64,000 nucleotides of DNA from assembly GCA_043803405.1 (NCBI GenBank), contig JAZDKB010000019.1:360218-424217 (forward strand). Direction: 5' to 3'. This document shows positions 18,706 to 30,300 of the stretch, in pieces. The first letter of the stretch is position 1, and each line of letters opens with the position of its first letter. A program made the position numbers and the translations under genes. The notes beneath the pieces were generated by a model, which made no database searches, was not told the DNA's origin, and worked only from the letters and a program-made list of their open reading frames with translations. Source of the DNA: Spirochaetota bacterium (GTDB lineage Bacteria; Spirochaetota; UBA4802; JAFGDQ01).

Positions 18706-20871
18706 TTAATAATCATCCTGTTTTCTGTCAACAGGGCCGCGCACTTCGAAGCGAACGGAATCGGCTACGCTCCCGTTCTCGTCGCTAAGCGTAAGAGTGT
18801 AGTAGCCGGGCGCCGGTACCCAGCAGGCCGCGCCGTGCTTTCCGTCCGCACTGTTTCCGGCTACCTCTACAGGCATATCGTTCAGGTGCCATCGGCTTCC
18901 GCTTTTCTGCGGCTGCGATACAAAGAACACCTTTTGCAGCTCAGGAGGAATGTCCGGATCGAGCGCGAGTATGGCTCCCGAAGGCGGGTAAATGATCTTC
19001 TGGTTCAGCTGGCCTGTTTCCCTGTACTTATCATCCGGTTCCGTGCCCTGAATGAACCATTCCGCCCTCAAAGGCTCTCCTGCAAAGGGGGACACTTCTC
19101 TTCTCACGATATCCGGGGGCGGCTGCGCAGGCTTTCTGTTTTTCTCATTGCGATGAAGCCTTGCCATGACCTCTGCCCACACTGGTGCAGCTCCCGATAT
19201 CCCGCTGACATCGCGCATTGCTTCACCGGTGAAGTTGCCTACCCATACGCCTACAGTGTACTTCTGAGAGTATCCTACGCACCAGTTGTCGCGCATGTCC
19301 TTGCTTGTGCCTGTCTTTACAGATGAGCGGAACCTTGTGGCAAGCGGGTTCTCCAGCCCGAATGTCGCGCTTCTTGCTTCCCTGTCGGACAGGATGTCGG
19401 ACACGAGGAAAGCTGCCTCTGCCGAATACGCGCGTACTGTTTTCGGATGCTTTGCTTTATTTAGATAGAATGTAAGCTCCGAATGCATTCCCCCGTTTGC
19501 CATGCATCTGTATGCATTGGTAAGCTCCCAAAGGCTCACGTCGATCGAGCCCAGTGCTGCAGACGGCCCGTAATAATCCCCTGATTCACTGAGCCCCTTT
19601 ATGCCCAGCCTGCGCAGCTTCGCTAGAAATGCTTCAATGCCTGTCATGGTCACTGTCCTTACTGCAGGTATATTGAGCGACGAAGCAAGTGCTGTCCGGG
19701 CTGTCACAAGTCCTTTGAAATTCGAATCGTAATTATGGGGACTGTATATGCCGGAGCTGACCTGTACATCGAGAGGCGCATCATCAAGCACTGAGGCGGG
19801 CGTAAGTATTCTTTTCTCGAATGCCAGTGCATACAGGAAGGGCTTAAGCGTGGAGCCTGCCTGGCGCTTTGCCTGTACGCCGTCCACGTACCATCCCAGC
19901 GAGGGATCGGTTGTACAGCTAGCGTAAGCCAGCACCTGTCCTGTTTTGTTGTCAGCGACAAGCACGGCACCGTTGGCAACGTTCTGCGGGCTAAGTATGT
20001 TAAGGTGGTGGCGCAGGCGTTCTACAGCAAAGCGCTGTATTGCGCTGTCTATGGAGCAAGTGACCTTCTTTGCTTCTGACGGCTTTTTTATGAGGAGCCT
20101 TGCAGCATGGGGCGCAAGATCCGCGCCAGGCATTTTTTCCATATGGCCAGAGGCCACGCCGGACGCGGTTGCTTTTATTTCATTTTCCTGCACAGGCCAT
20201 CCCAGAGCCTTCTGAAGCAGCGACACCCTCCTGGCAAGGTCATCACTGCCTGCGTTGGGCGAGCGAATGAGCGAAGCAAGCACAAGCGATTCGCCGTGGT
20301 TTAGCCCGTGCGGCGCCTTGCCGAACAGTCCGTGCGAAGCTGCCGCAATGCCCTGCAGCTCTCCGCGGAAATATATAAGGTTGAGATATGCTTCCAGTAT
20401 TTCGCGCTTTGACCAGCTCTTCTCCAGTTCGCGCGCATCCAGTATCTGCTGCGTCTTTTGAAGCACCGTCCTTCTGCCTTTCTGCGGACGAAGCTCAGGA
20501 TCGAGCGCCGAAGCAAGCTGCATTGTAATGGTGCTCGCCCCGCGCATCTTCTCTTCAGTCCCGCCTGTTATTGCCGCTCCTATGGATAGGTAGTCGACTC
20601 CGGAATGTTCAAAGAAGCGCTTATCTTCCGCAATAATAACGGCAAGCAGAAGGGCAGGGGACATGTCGGCTACGCGGGTCCACTCAAGCCTTCTCGCGCT
20701 CTTGTTAGTCCGGAGTTCGTACAGCGGCACGCCATTGCGGTCAACAAGCATGGTGTCGGACTTGGCATACGAAGCGCGCACTTCCTTATAAGACGGCAGC
20801 GCATTCGCTGCCTGTGCAATGAACGCAAAAGCAGTTATAAGTATGATATTCAGCTTTAATGATTTAAGCAT
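18706..20871 (-). CDS. pbpC: Penicillin-binding protein 1C
   Basis: Glycosyltransferase motifs EDKRFFEH and GASTITMQ; transpeptidase SxxK (STLK), SLN, KTG; C-terminal domain typical of PbpC; adjacent to alpha-2-macroglobulin. Confidence 0.93.
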   Translation of the reverse strand: MLKSLKLNIILITAFAFIAQAANALPSYKEVRASYAKSDTMLVDRNGVPLYELRTNKSARRLEWTRVADMSPALLLAVIIAEDKRFFEHSGVDYLSIGAAITGGTEEKMRGASTITMQLASALDPELRPQKGRRTVLQKTQQILDARELEKSWSKREILEAYLNLIYFRGELQGIAAASHGLFGKAPHGLNHGESLVLASLIRSPNAGSDDLARRVSLLQKALGWPVQENEIKATASGVASGHMEKMPGADLAPHAARLLIKKPSEAKKVTCSIDSAIQRFAVERLRHHLNILSPQNVANGAVLVADNKTGQVLAYASCTTDPSLGWYVDGVQAKRQAGSTLKPFLYALAFEKRILTPASVLDDAPLDVQVSSGIYSPHNYDSNFKGLVTARTALASSLNIPAVRTVTMTGIEAFLAKLRRLGIKGLSESGDYYGPSAALGSIDVSLWELTNAYRCMANGGMHSELTFYLNKAKHPKTVRAYSAEAAFLVSDILSDREARSATFGLENPLATRFRSSVKTGTSKDMRDNWCVGYSQKYTVGVWVGNFTGEAMRDVSGISGAAPVWAEVMARLHRNEKNRKPAQPPPDIVRREVSPFAGEPLRAEWFIQGTEPDDKYRETGQLNQKIIYPPSGAILALDPDIPPELQKVFFVSQPQKSGSRWHLNDMPVEVAGNSADGKHGAACWVPAPGYYTLTLSDENGSVADSVRFEVRGPVDRKQDDY

Positions 20872-20949
20872 GATATTATCTGAAGAAGATTTTTCATGTA
20901 TTGTAATTATACGCTGGCAAGATAATTGTCAAGATGGAAATGGGGAGAC

Positions 20950-21138
20950 CTCATCCGATGCCCTCACCCTCCGGCACCCTCTCTCTAAAACCCCTTCCGC
21001 CTTCGGCGGCTTTCCCCCTCGTCAGGGGGAACAATCTTTGCTGCACAGGTTGCTCCCCCTGAGTCCGGCCGCTTCTCCCCCTCTCCTTTTTTTTGGAGAG
21101 GGGGCTGGGGGGTGAGGTTAACAGGTTAGGGGGATGAG
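20950..21138. repeat. Nested C-run/G-run REP-like palindromes
   Basis: CTCATCC...GGATGAG encloses CCCTCACCC..CCCTCTCTCTAAAA...TTTTGGAGAGGGGG..GGGTGAGG, which encloses CCGCCTTCGGCGG and TCCCCCT..AGGGGGA hairpins. Confidence 0.75.
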
Positions 21139-21148
21139 ATAACCCCTC

Positions 21149-24100
21149 CTATCTCCCAACCTCGATCGCCCTGTTGGGAATCTCCCCGAACATCTCTGGG
21201 AAGTAAAGAGCTTCAACCCGCGTTGTGGGGAGCTGGAACAGGCCGCCCTGGTTTATGCGTATTGTGTATTCCACTGTCCACTTTCCTTTGGGAACGTATT
21301 CGTAATATGCGCGGAAAGCTTCAAAGCTGCGCTCTTCGAATGCAGGCCACACGCGGCCCTTTCGCTCTTCGTCCTTTGTGAGTATCTGCGAGTCGCGCGC
21401 AAGCCCCTTGCCGAGTATTGTCACCCCGGCAGGCACAGGGTCGCTTACAACCACCCATGTCTGGTCTGCCTGCGCTTCAACATCGAGCCTTATGCGGTAT
21501 ATGTCGCCTGTTGTCCATTTGTCCTTAACCTTCTGCTCAACCGGGATTATCGTCTTTTTGATTTTGTACCCGCTCGAGAGAGGCTCCTTAAGCGGTATTG
21601 CCGCAAGGCTCCGGACAGTTGCCCACGGTTTACCTGTGCCCTTGTGGAAAATGCCAAGCTCGTCTTTTTTTGCAGGCCATGAGAAGAATGATTCTTTGCC
21701 GACTGGCGCTGCTTTCCACACAGTGTTCTGTGCCTGTCCTGCGAGTGAAGCGGAAGTGTCGCCTGTCACAGGCACGGACTCGAATTTCTTTGAGAACTTC
21801 TCCATCGCAAGCACGCCCCAAGCGTTCGCGAGCGTAAGGTCCCATCTGCCCTGATGCTGCCTCGACAGCGCTCCAAGCACAATGCGCGGCATGTCCTCCT
21901 TCCACATATCCGCGTTCACGAGCGAGAGCACAAGGCGCACGCTGTTCACGTCGTTGGATACCATCAGCCACCAGAGGCAGTCAGTGCCTTCTGTTGAGAA
22001 GCCCATGCGCGTGCCCTGGAAATTGAGGCGCGAGCGCAGAATGTGCTCCGCTTCCTTAATTTTATCTTTCCTGTTCTGTATGTCTTTAATATTCTGTAGG
22101 ATATTGAACCAGTCTATTACTGCCGACGTAGGCCACAGGTTCGGGTCTATCGATATGGAGCCCAGAAGCTTTGCTTTGGCAAGGCCTGTCCTTGATATTG
22201 CTTCGATTGCTGAGAGCTTTTTGATCGCCAGGTCAGCAGTCTCGATCGGCGAGTAGCGCACTATCTTTCCCTCGATGAATTTCGTAAGCGCGTTTATGAT
22301 CGTTGTTTCCGTGTCAGTTGTCATCTCCCATCCTGCTTCATTGCCTATAGCAAGGATGTAGGACGTGAGCGCAGGAGAGCCGTACAGGCATGTGGGGAAA
22401 TACTTCACAAGACCGTCGCTGTCCATGTACGAGTTTATATCGCTCATTGCCTTTTCCCACAAAGACTTGTCCCTTAGCGATACCGCAATGGATACCCTCT
22501 GCTCCATGCATGTATAAGGATAGCTCTTCATGTACTCGGTAATGCCTGTCTGCCCCTGAGAGAGCTTCGGCTTAAGACTGACGCGTATGCCGCCCCTGCC
22601 GGGCACAGCATCCGCGGGGCGCTCCACAGTCATGCGGAAACTGTTTTCCACCTGCATAATAGTTGCCTGGTACGTGCGTACAGGAACTGCAGGCACAACC
22701 TTCTGATGAATCTTAATGCTGTCGCTTTTGCCTGTTTCCTTTTCCATGACCTGCGCTGTCCATGCAAGCTTTTCGATTCCGAACGGAACTGTAGCGTCCC
22801 ACCCGATCTCCTTTGCTTCTCCGGGCTGCAGCAGGGCTGTTACAGGCTTAAGGGCATCCGCAATACCCTCTGCCTGCACCGACGCCGTTATATTCATTGC
22901 GCGGCCTGTTGTGTTTCGCAGCGTGAACTCCGCCCTGTATTTGTCGCCTTCGCGCACAAGCGGGGGCAGGCCGGCGAGTATCATTAATTCCTGCGTTGAC
23001 TGTATGGATGCTGCGCCCGAGCCGAACAGCCCTGAGCCGCCTGTTGCAACAGCAACTATCCTGAACGATGTGATTGAATCGTTCAGCGGTATTGTGGCTT
23101 TAGCTTCACCGTTCTTATCCAGCACAACCTTTCCCTTCCAGAGCAGCAGTGTATCGAACAGTTCGCGCGTAGTCTCCCTGCCGCCTCCGCCTCCCTGCGG
23201 CAGCGCCTTAAGGCCGAAATGGCGCCTGCCTATAACCTGCATCTGCGCTGTCGATGTGCTGATCTCGTACGGCCGCCTGCCCATCATTGCTGTGAGTATG
23301 TCCCAGCTATGATTGGGCATAAGCTCCAGCAGCCCCTCGTCCACGGCAGCAAGCGCGACCTCTGTCCCCAGAGGAGGTATCTTACCATCTGAAGTCTTTA
23401 CTTTAATGTTTACTTCAGCTTTGCCGCGAATGTTGTATACTTTACGATCGGGCGTTACGCTTACCTTAAGCTCGTGCGCCTTCCAGCCCACCCTGATCTC
23501 CGCAATGCCGAGCTTGTAGGCGGGCCTTCCCATGTCAACCATGGCAGTAGGCTGCACGTCCGTAACGCGGCCGCGCACAACAAGAGCTGATACAAAGCAG
23601 TTGGGCGCGTACGTTCCCTTTACAGGCACCTCGATTACCGGCTTTGTGCCCGATATCTTTGTTACCCACGATTCTATGATTCCTTCCCTTTCAACCGCGA
23701 CCAGGGCCGTAGCTTCCCTGAAAGGCATACGGAGCTGGAATACGGCTGTCTCGCCCGGCTCGTACTTCTTTCTTTCGGGCAGAAGGTCTATCCTGTCATT
23801 GTCCGAAACCTCGAACCACCAGTCGCCTTTTCCTGCCACCCATATCTCATGATTTGTGACTGTCCTGTTTCCGTCTTTGTCCTCTGCCTCTGCCTGTATT
23901 ATTACATTGCCGGATGCAGGCACGCTCACCTCGCATATATATAATCCCTTTGAGTCTGTTTTCCCTTTGCACAGATCGGATATTTTTTTAACCTCTGTTA
24001 TGTATTCGTACGCATAGAACCCGCCCACAAGGCGCTTCCTGTGCGTATAGTTCTTTTTCATGTAAAGCTGCGCGCTCACCTTCGCATTGGCAACAGGCTT

Positions 24101-26791
24101 TCCGTTTATGTCCAGAACAGCGGTGTGGAACTTGAACTTGTCCATTGAAAGCGCCCACGAGTCCGGCTTTACGCCTATAAGATATCCGGATGACCATAAA
24201 GGAGTTGTGGAAGATACTGTCTGCAGCTCGCCGTTCGGGTCCTTGAACTCGATCTCCGCAAGAATCTCCTGCGGTGTCTCAGCTTTCGGGAGCTTCGGGA
24301 TCTCTACGCGCGCCCCTCCGGTCCTGTCCAGGTTCACTTCCATTGCAGCGGGTTTCCCGGCTGTTCTTTCTTCCACAGGCTGCTCTGAATCTTCTTCATC
24401 TCCCATGTATTGCCCGCCGCGCGTGATGCCTTCCTTTACTTCACCGTTTGCGAACACGAAGTCATCGAACCCTTCAAAGGATGATACGTATTTGCGCCGC
24501 ACTTCGCTTCTTATTTTTACTGGAAGCGATCCTGCCCCGCCTCCCGCGAGGTAGCGCACGCTGATGTCGAGCGGAAGGCTGTCCGCGTTTACGAGCGGCT
24601 CTGCCGGCGGCTTAATAGTGCCCTTCAGGAGAGGCACGCGGAACTCCTCAACGCGGAATCCCCCGCCGGTTAATTCATTGTAGTAATAGCTCCGGTCCTT
24701 GTCCGATGACTTCCTGAACACGCATGTATAATAGCCGAGCTTGGCATCCTTTGGAATAGTGAAGGATGAATGCGCTATGTCGTTTGTCTCCCACTTGAGA
24801 GGAAGTTCGTATTTCTCATCACTGCCAGTATGTACGATGGATAGTGTGTCCGGCATTTTATTTGCCTGCACATACCAGAATCCTTTCATTGTATGATTGC
24901 GCATGATGTGCTTCATGTGCACTGTTTCCCCTGCGCGCAAAAGAGTCCTGTCGAAGATGGTGTGTGCGATTGCGGGCTCCCTGTAGTATTCGTGCGGCAG
25001 GTTGAATCTCCATGCTTCAATGCCGTTGTCCCAGCTCGAAAATACGAATGACATATCCCCCGCAAGCTTTGCCGTAATAAAGAGACCGCTGCCTATTGAA
25101 TTGTATTTGCAGTTCGGCAGGCTGCCCTGTGAAGGCAGTGTACTGTCTATTCTTGCTATGCCGTTCGCGTCGGTCTTTCCCTGCCATAGTATCTTTTCGG
25201 AGCAGTCCTTTACAGCAACCTCGGCGTCCTTTACAGGCTCGCCCTTATCCAGCGATGTTACCCATATCAAAGACGACTCTCTTCCCCACTTGAAATGCAC
25301 AGACATATTGGTGACAAGGACGGCAGTAGGCACATACATGGGCGCCTGTTTTCCGAGCAGCGAAGCTCCGAGTATTTCACTTTCCAGTTCCACTATATAG
25401 AGGCCCGGCTCCTTTATGGGGATGCCTACAACCTCAAAGGCTTCAGCTCCCAGTGGCTTTGGCAGTTTAAAATCCTTAGCTGTCTTATCATTAACGAAAA
25501 CCGACGACTCCCTCTCTGCTGCGCCGACCCTTCGCAGCCAGTCCTGGATGTTGCCTTCTTCTGACCCTACGTTGAATATTTTACCCGTAATACTGCCGGA
25601 TGCACCTTTACCAGTTCCGACGCGCAGCATCTGCCCTTTAACTTCGGGCTCAAGATTGCGCAGCGTTACAGGCAGAACAGGGTCAGCCTTCATCTCAAGT
25701 ATGCCGAATCTTGCCGCAAATTTCGCAAGGGGCGGGTAGGTGCCAGTGCGCACTTCGAGCGGAAACTTGTCCGCGTTTACAAGCGGCCTGCCGTTGTCGT
25801 CCTTAAGGTTACCTGGCACTTCTATTTTATAAACAGCGTTGGGTGGGAAAGGCCCCTTGAAGTAAACGCTTGTAACGGAATTCTTGTCACTGTCATCTTC
25901 CGGCAGCGCAGGCTTCCACGTCTTTCCGCTGCTGCTTTTTAGTACAATCTTTTTCGCATTGTCTCTCGGAACAGGCGCGGAAAAAGTCAGGTGCATCGGG
26001 AGCATTGGAATGCAGTCAGCGTCAGCGTTCTCGCGTTCGCAGCTGAAGCCCGCCGAGAACGCCTCCCTTGTTCTGTACCGGAGTACCTGGTCTTTTATGC
26101 CTGCAACGCCTGTTTTAGACTTTACGTTCCTGCTCCATACAAGGCTCACTTTTGCCCCGGACGGGAAGTTCTGTCTGCATTGCAGAAGGATAACAGACGC
26201 CTGCTGCCTGCGGTGCCTGTATTGCGATTTAAGTATTTCGCTGCGGTCTTTTCCATCTATTATTTTTACGCCTATGTGATCCTGAATGCCTTCAACCGAG
26301 AAGTACACGTTCTTTACAACAGAGTCGGCGTCCGGTTCCGCGTCCAGCGTAAGTATGAATATCTGCTCCTCCGAGATGTAGTACGATCCTTCGTAGGGCG
26401 ATGACCGTTTAACCGAAGGCCCTCCTGTAGAGAATGAGAACTCGCGCTGTCCCATTATCTCTTTGCCCGAAAGCGTTTTTATGCCCGGCCGCAGTTTGAA
26501 TGTGCACTCTATGCCTGCAGGCAAATCATTGTCGAAATCGAAAACCCAGTTTTTCTGGTCTGCCCATCTGCCTGTGCCCTTTGACGCACATTCTGTTTCA
26601 AAAGGCGAAACCATGGCGCGCGGGTCGCCGAAAGGCACCATCTGTTCAGTAAACCTTGCGGTTACCTGCCGAATGCCTTTAACCATGCCCTGCGGAGAAA
26701 AGAACTCCACTCTCGGATTATCTTCAGTAAATACATAAGATATTATGAGCAGGAATATTACCGTGAATATTGATCTTAAAATGAGTTTCAT
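21149..26791 (-). CDS. Bacterial alpha-2-macroglobulin
   Basis: 1880 aa, signal peptide, MG2-type DRTLLRAGETVH, AVDEGLL, intact thioester motif YPYTCMEQ, C-terminal VEALYFPE. Confidence 0.93.
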   Translation of the reverse strand: MKLILRSIFTVIFLLIISYVFTEDNPRVEFFSPQGMVKGIRQVTARFTEQMVPFGDPRAMVSPFETECASKGTGRWADQKNWVFDFDNDLPAGIECTFKLRPGIKTLSGKEIMGQREFSFSTGGPSVKRSSPYEGSYYISEEQIFILTLDAEPDADSVVKNVYFSVEGIQDHIGVKIIDGKDRSEILKSQYRHRRQQASVILLQCRQNFPSGAKVSLVWSRNVKSKTGVAGIKDQVLRYRTREAFSAGFSCERENADADCIPMLPMHLTFSAPVPRDNAKKIVLKSSSGKTWKPALPEDDSDKNSVTSVYFKGPFPPNAVYKIEVPGNLKDDNGRPLVNADKFPLEVRTGTYPPLAKFAARFGILEMKADPVLPVTLRNLEPEVKGQMLRVGTGKGASGSITGKIFNVGSEEGNIQDWLRRVGAAERESSVFVNDKTAKDFKLPKPLGAEAFEVVGIPIKEPGLYIVELESEILGASLLGKQAPMYVPTAVLVTNMSVHFKWGRESSLIWVTSLDKGEPVKDAEVAVKDCSEKILWQGKTDANGIARIDSTLPSQGSLPNCKYNSIGSGLFITAKLAGDMSFVFSSWDNGIEAWRFNLPHEYYREPAIAHTIFDRTLLRAGETVHMKHIMRNHTMKGFWYVQANKMPDTLSIVHTGSDEKYELPLKWETNDIAHSSFTIPKDAKLGYYTCVFRKSSDKDRSYYYNELTGGGFRVEEFRVPLLKGTIKPPAEPLVNADSLPLDISVRYLAGGGAGSLPVKIRSEVRRKYVSSFEGFDDFVFANGEVKEGITRGGQYMGDEEDSEQPVEERTAGKPAAMEVNLDRTGGARVEIPKLPKAETPQEILAEIEFKDPNGELQTVSSTTPLWSSGYLIGVKPDSWALSMDKFKFHTAVLDINGKPVANAKVSAQLYMKKNYTHRKRLVGGFYAYEYITEVKKISDLCKGKTDSKGLYICEVSVPASGNVIIQAEAEDKDGNRTVTNHEIWVAGKGDWWFEVSDNDRIDLLPERKKYEPGETAVFQLRMPFREATALVAVEREGIIESWVTKISGTKPVIEVPVKGTYAPNCFVSALVVRGRVTDVQPTAMVDMGRPAYKLGIAEIRVGWKAHELKVSVTPDRKVYNIRGKAEVNIKVKTSDGKIPPLGTEVALAAVDEGLLELMPNHSWDILTAMMGRRPYEISTSTAQMQVIGRRHFGLKALPQGGGGGRETTRELFDTLLLWKGKVVLDKNGEAKATIPLNDSITSFRIVAVATGGSGLFGSGAASIQSTQELMILAGLPPLVREGDKYRAEFTLRNTTGRAMNITASVQAEGIADALKPVTALLQPGEAKEIGWDATVPFGIEKLAWTAQVMEKETGKSDSIKIHQKVVPAVPVRTYQATIMQVENSFRMTVERPADAVPGRGGIRVSLKPKLSQGQTGITEYMKSYPYTCMEQRVSIAVSLRDKSLWEKAMSDINSYMDSDGLVKYFPTCLYGSPALTSYILAIGNEAGWEMTTDTETTIINALTKFIEGKIVRYSPIETADLAIKKLSAIEAISRTGLAKAKLLGSISIDPNLWPTSAVIDWFNILQNIKDIQNRKDKIKEAEHILRSRLNFQGTRMGFSTEGTDCLWWLMVSNDVNSVRLVLSLVNADMWKEDMPRIVLGALSRQHQGRWDLTLANAWGVLAMEKFSKKFESVPVTGDTSASLAGQAQNTVWKAAPVGKESFFSWPAKKDELGIFHKGTGKPWATVRSLAAIPLKEPLSSGYKIKKTIIPVEQKVKDKWTTGDIYRIRLDVEAQADQTWVVVSDPVPAGVTILGKGLARDSQILTKDEERKGRVWPAFEERSFEAFRAYYEYVPKGKWTVEYTIRINQGGLFQLPTTRVEALYFPEMFGEIPNRAIEVGR

Positions 26792-26873
26792 GCGCTGACT
26801 CCTTTATTATGGAAATTAAAATACAGGTTTAAAATATGTTCCTGAACCTTATATAACTTGGTTAACTTTTAGC

Positions 26874-26997
26874 ATAATAATAGATTTCATAATAATCAGC
26901 AATTTTAAGGCGGCAGGAGGCCGCCGCTAGCCGCTTCTTACAGGATGTATGCATTAGCGGCGGGAAAATTGCTGATTATTATGAAATTTATTATTAT
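26874..26997 (+). repeat. Structured palindromic element with GGA-loop hairpins, copy 2
   Basis: 33-bp inverted arms (26874-26906 / 26965-26997, one G.T pair) around a core nearly identical to copy 1 (16354). Confidence 0.9.
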
Positions 26998-27313
26998 TAT
27001 TATTCTTTCATTAGTATTCTAATAAAGTTAGCAATGTTTATAACCTTAAACAATAGTCCTGGATGATAATCCGGATATACAACGTGATTATGCGGATTTT
27101 GAATGCATTTATAATGATACTATAAGCGCGGATATATTTGTCAACAAAAACACGTTGGAGGATATGTATGGAATATATATCCTAAATCTCTATTGACTTT
27201 TTGGGGAAAATCTGTTAATTTCTTATCTAATGTTCTCCTTCTTATTATGTTATTCAATCTAATTCTTTTTTAATTGTTCTATTGTTTCCTTCTCTGCACT
27301 GCAGGGGGAAAAG

Positions 27314-30300
27314 GTGTATTTTACTTTAAAAGAAATCCTCAATGTATCAAGATTCAGGGAAATGTTCGACAATCTCACTAAAGTAATCCCTTTCTCGATA
27401 CAAATTACTGACAATGAAAATGATGTTCTATTTAATTCCAGCTCGGACAACGCAATACAGGAGAGCCACGCTGCCGAAGTACCGATCATAGTACGGAACA
27501 TTTGTTACGGTAAAATAATTATTCGTGAATCGGAGCAGCATAAATCCGATTCTGCATTTGAGAATTCTATTGCATTTATAAAGAATTTTATAGAAGCCGC
27601 AGGCGATGTACGCTTAACATTTCTCGATGAACTTCATAAAAAAAAGCTGCTCGCCAGGGCTCAGCGGCTGGCCCACTTCGGAAGCTGGGAATACGATTAC
27701 TTCCAGAATAAAATGACCTGGTCAAAAGAGATATACAGGATACTGGGCGTTGAAATCGGAGAAGTTGTGCCGTCGCGCGCCGTGTTCCTTAAAATGGCGC
27801 ATCCTGCCGATCTGCCTATGCTCCAGGAAGCTATCCGCAAAAGCGAAGGAAAAGACGGCACGTGGGAGCTCGAATACAGGATTGTAAGGCAGACCGACGG
27901 CCATGTACGTTATCTGCAGGAAAGCTGGGGACATATAAAGAACATTAATGGTGAGCTTGTACATTCCTACGGCGTAATTCATGATATTACCAGAAGAAAG
28001 TCCGCAGTAGCAGCCTCAGTGGAAAGCGAAGAGCAGTTCAGAGCAATTTACGAAAATAGTTCAGACGGAATTATGCTAGGATTACCCGACGGAAGCATTG
28101 TTTCGGCTAATACCGCAGCCTGTCGCATGTTTGGGTGTACGGAAGAAGAACTGTGCAGGGGAGGCAGAAAATTTATTGTAGATGACTCGGCGCCGGGTTT
28201 TGTCAATTCACTGGAAGTACTGAGAGAAACAGGAGAGCTGCAAAAAGAATCGTTTCATAAAAGAAAGGACGGGACAATATTCCCTACCGAAATTTCCATA
28301 AAAGTTCTGAGCGACAGAAGCGGCAGCCGGATTTACAGCATTGTAATCCGCGACATCTCCGAGCGCAGAAAATCGGAGGAAGAGGTCAGGAAGCTTAATG
28401 CCGAACTTGAAGAGCGGGTGCGAAGCCGCACAGCCGAGCTGATGCTGGCGAACAAAGCTCTTTATCATTCGCAGCAAATGTTCAAGCTGGTTCTTGATAC
28501 GATTCCGGAGCGCGTTTTCTGGAAAGACCGCGACGGCAGGTTCCTCGGCTGCAATAAGTCCTTTGCCAGAGATAATATTCTCAGTAAACCCGAAGATATA
28601 ATCGGGAAATCAGGCAGGGATTTATTTTTTAAAGATGAATTGGAATTCCTTGGCAGAAACGATATTGAACTGATGGAACTGGACAAATCCAGACTGAATT
28701 ACAGTGAATACCTGAAGCGTTCGGACGGAAAATCTTTCTGGCTTAAACTAAGCAAACTTCCTCTCCGCGACCGCAGCGGAAAGGTTATCGGCATACTGGG
28801 AATGTACCAGGACATTACCAATGAAAGGCAGACTCAGGAGGAATTATTAAAAAGCGAGTTAACTTTGCGTTCTATTGTTGCCGCATGTCCTGAAGGGATA
28901 TGCCTCATGAGGCCGGACAGGGTACTACAGTGGATGAACGAAAGCATGGCTGTAATTACAGGATATACTTTTAATGAATTTAAAAACCGGGACACGAGGT
29001 TTCTCTATAAATCCGACGAAGAATTTAAAAATACGGGCGATGCGCTTTATAAAAATCTGTCATCCGGCAATAACTGCGAGACAGAAACAGCTTTGATCCG
29101 TAAAGACGGCAGGGAGATATATGTTCATATAAGCGCTTCGGCAATGAATCCCTGCGACCTTTCGCTGGGTATAGTTTTAATTGTAATGGATATTACGGAA
29201 CAGAAACAGTATGAGGAAGCTCTAAAGTCCAGCGAAGAACGCCTCAGGTGCCTTATTGAATCCGTGACAGATTACATCTATACTGTAATGATAAAAGACG
29301 GAGTTCCTGTTTATACATATCATGGCCCGGGCTGCCTGACCGTAACCGGCTATACATCCGAAGAATATGAAAGTAGTCCGCACCTGTGGTATAGCATGAT
29401 TTACGAGGAAGACAGGGAAGCCGTGGCAAAACACTTTGCCGCTGTGATCTCAAGGGAGGAGACATCGTTCATTGAGCACAGGATTATTCATAAGGACGGC
29501 TCCATCCGGTGGGTCAGAAATAAGCCAGTGCTGCTGCGCGATACGGTCGGGATACTGGTCGCTTATGACGGGCTTGTTTCCGATATAACCGAGCGTAAAG
29601 AAGTGGAGGAGGAACTCCGCAGAAGTAAAGAATTTTTCCGTACTTTGATAGAAAAATCCGAAGAGGTTTTTACTCTTATTGATGCTAACAATAAACACAT
29701 TTATGTTTCACCATCCGTTACCAAGGTTTTAGGATACAGTGTGGATGAGTATCTTGCCACATACTGGAGGAATATTGTCAATTCTGATGATATTAAGAAC
29801 ACTGAAAACGTATTTGCCAGGTTCATTGAAACTCCGGGTCATTTGCAAAAATTCATTGCGCGTTTCCTTCACAGGAACGGATCATGGCGCTGGATGGAGG
29901 TCACTGCGCGCAACCTTCTTTACGATCCGAACGTGCATGCCCTGGTTGTTAATTTTCATGATATTACGGAAAGGATACAATCTGAGGAAGTCCTGAGGCA
30001 GGCAAAGGAAGCTGCGGAATCCGCGGCTAAAGCAAAAAGTATCTTTCTGGCCAATGTCAGCCACGAGATACGCACTCCAATGAATGCAATTATCGGGCTA
30101 AGCCGGATTGTGCTTAAAAATATACGTTCGGAAAAGCAGCGCGATTATATGAACAAGATTATTTTATCTGCCCATTCTTTAATGGGTATAATAAACGATA
30201 TTCTTGACCTTTCCAAAATAGAAGCCGATAAGCTTAAAATCAGCAATGTCGTTTTTTCCGTAGATAAATTACTAAAAAGCGTTTCTTCGGTTACCCTGGT

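Noticed and set aside
20916..20931. Sigma54 promoter (TGGCAAG-N4-TTGT)
   Set aside because: Lacks the -12 GC and points away from pbpC
21378..26738. Many plus-strand ORFs inside the macroglobulin gene
   Set aside because: Antisense shadows of a GC-rich coding sequence
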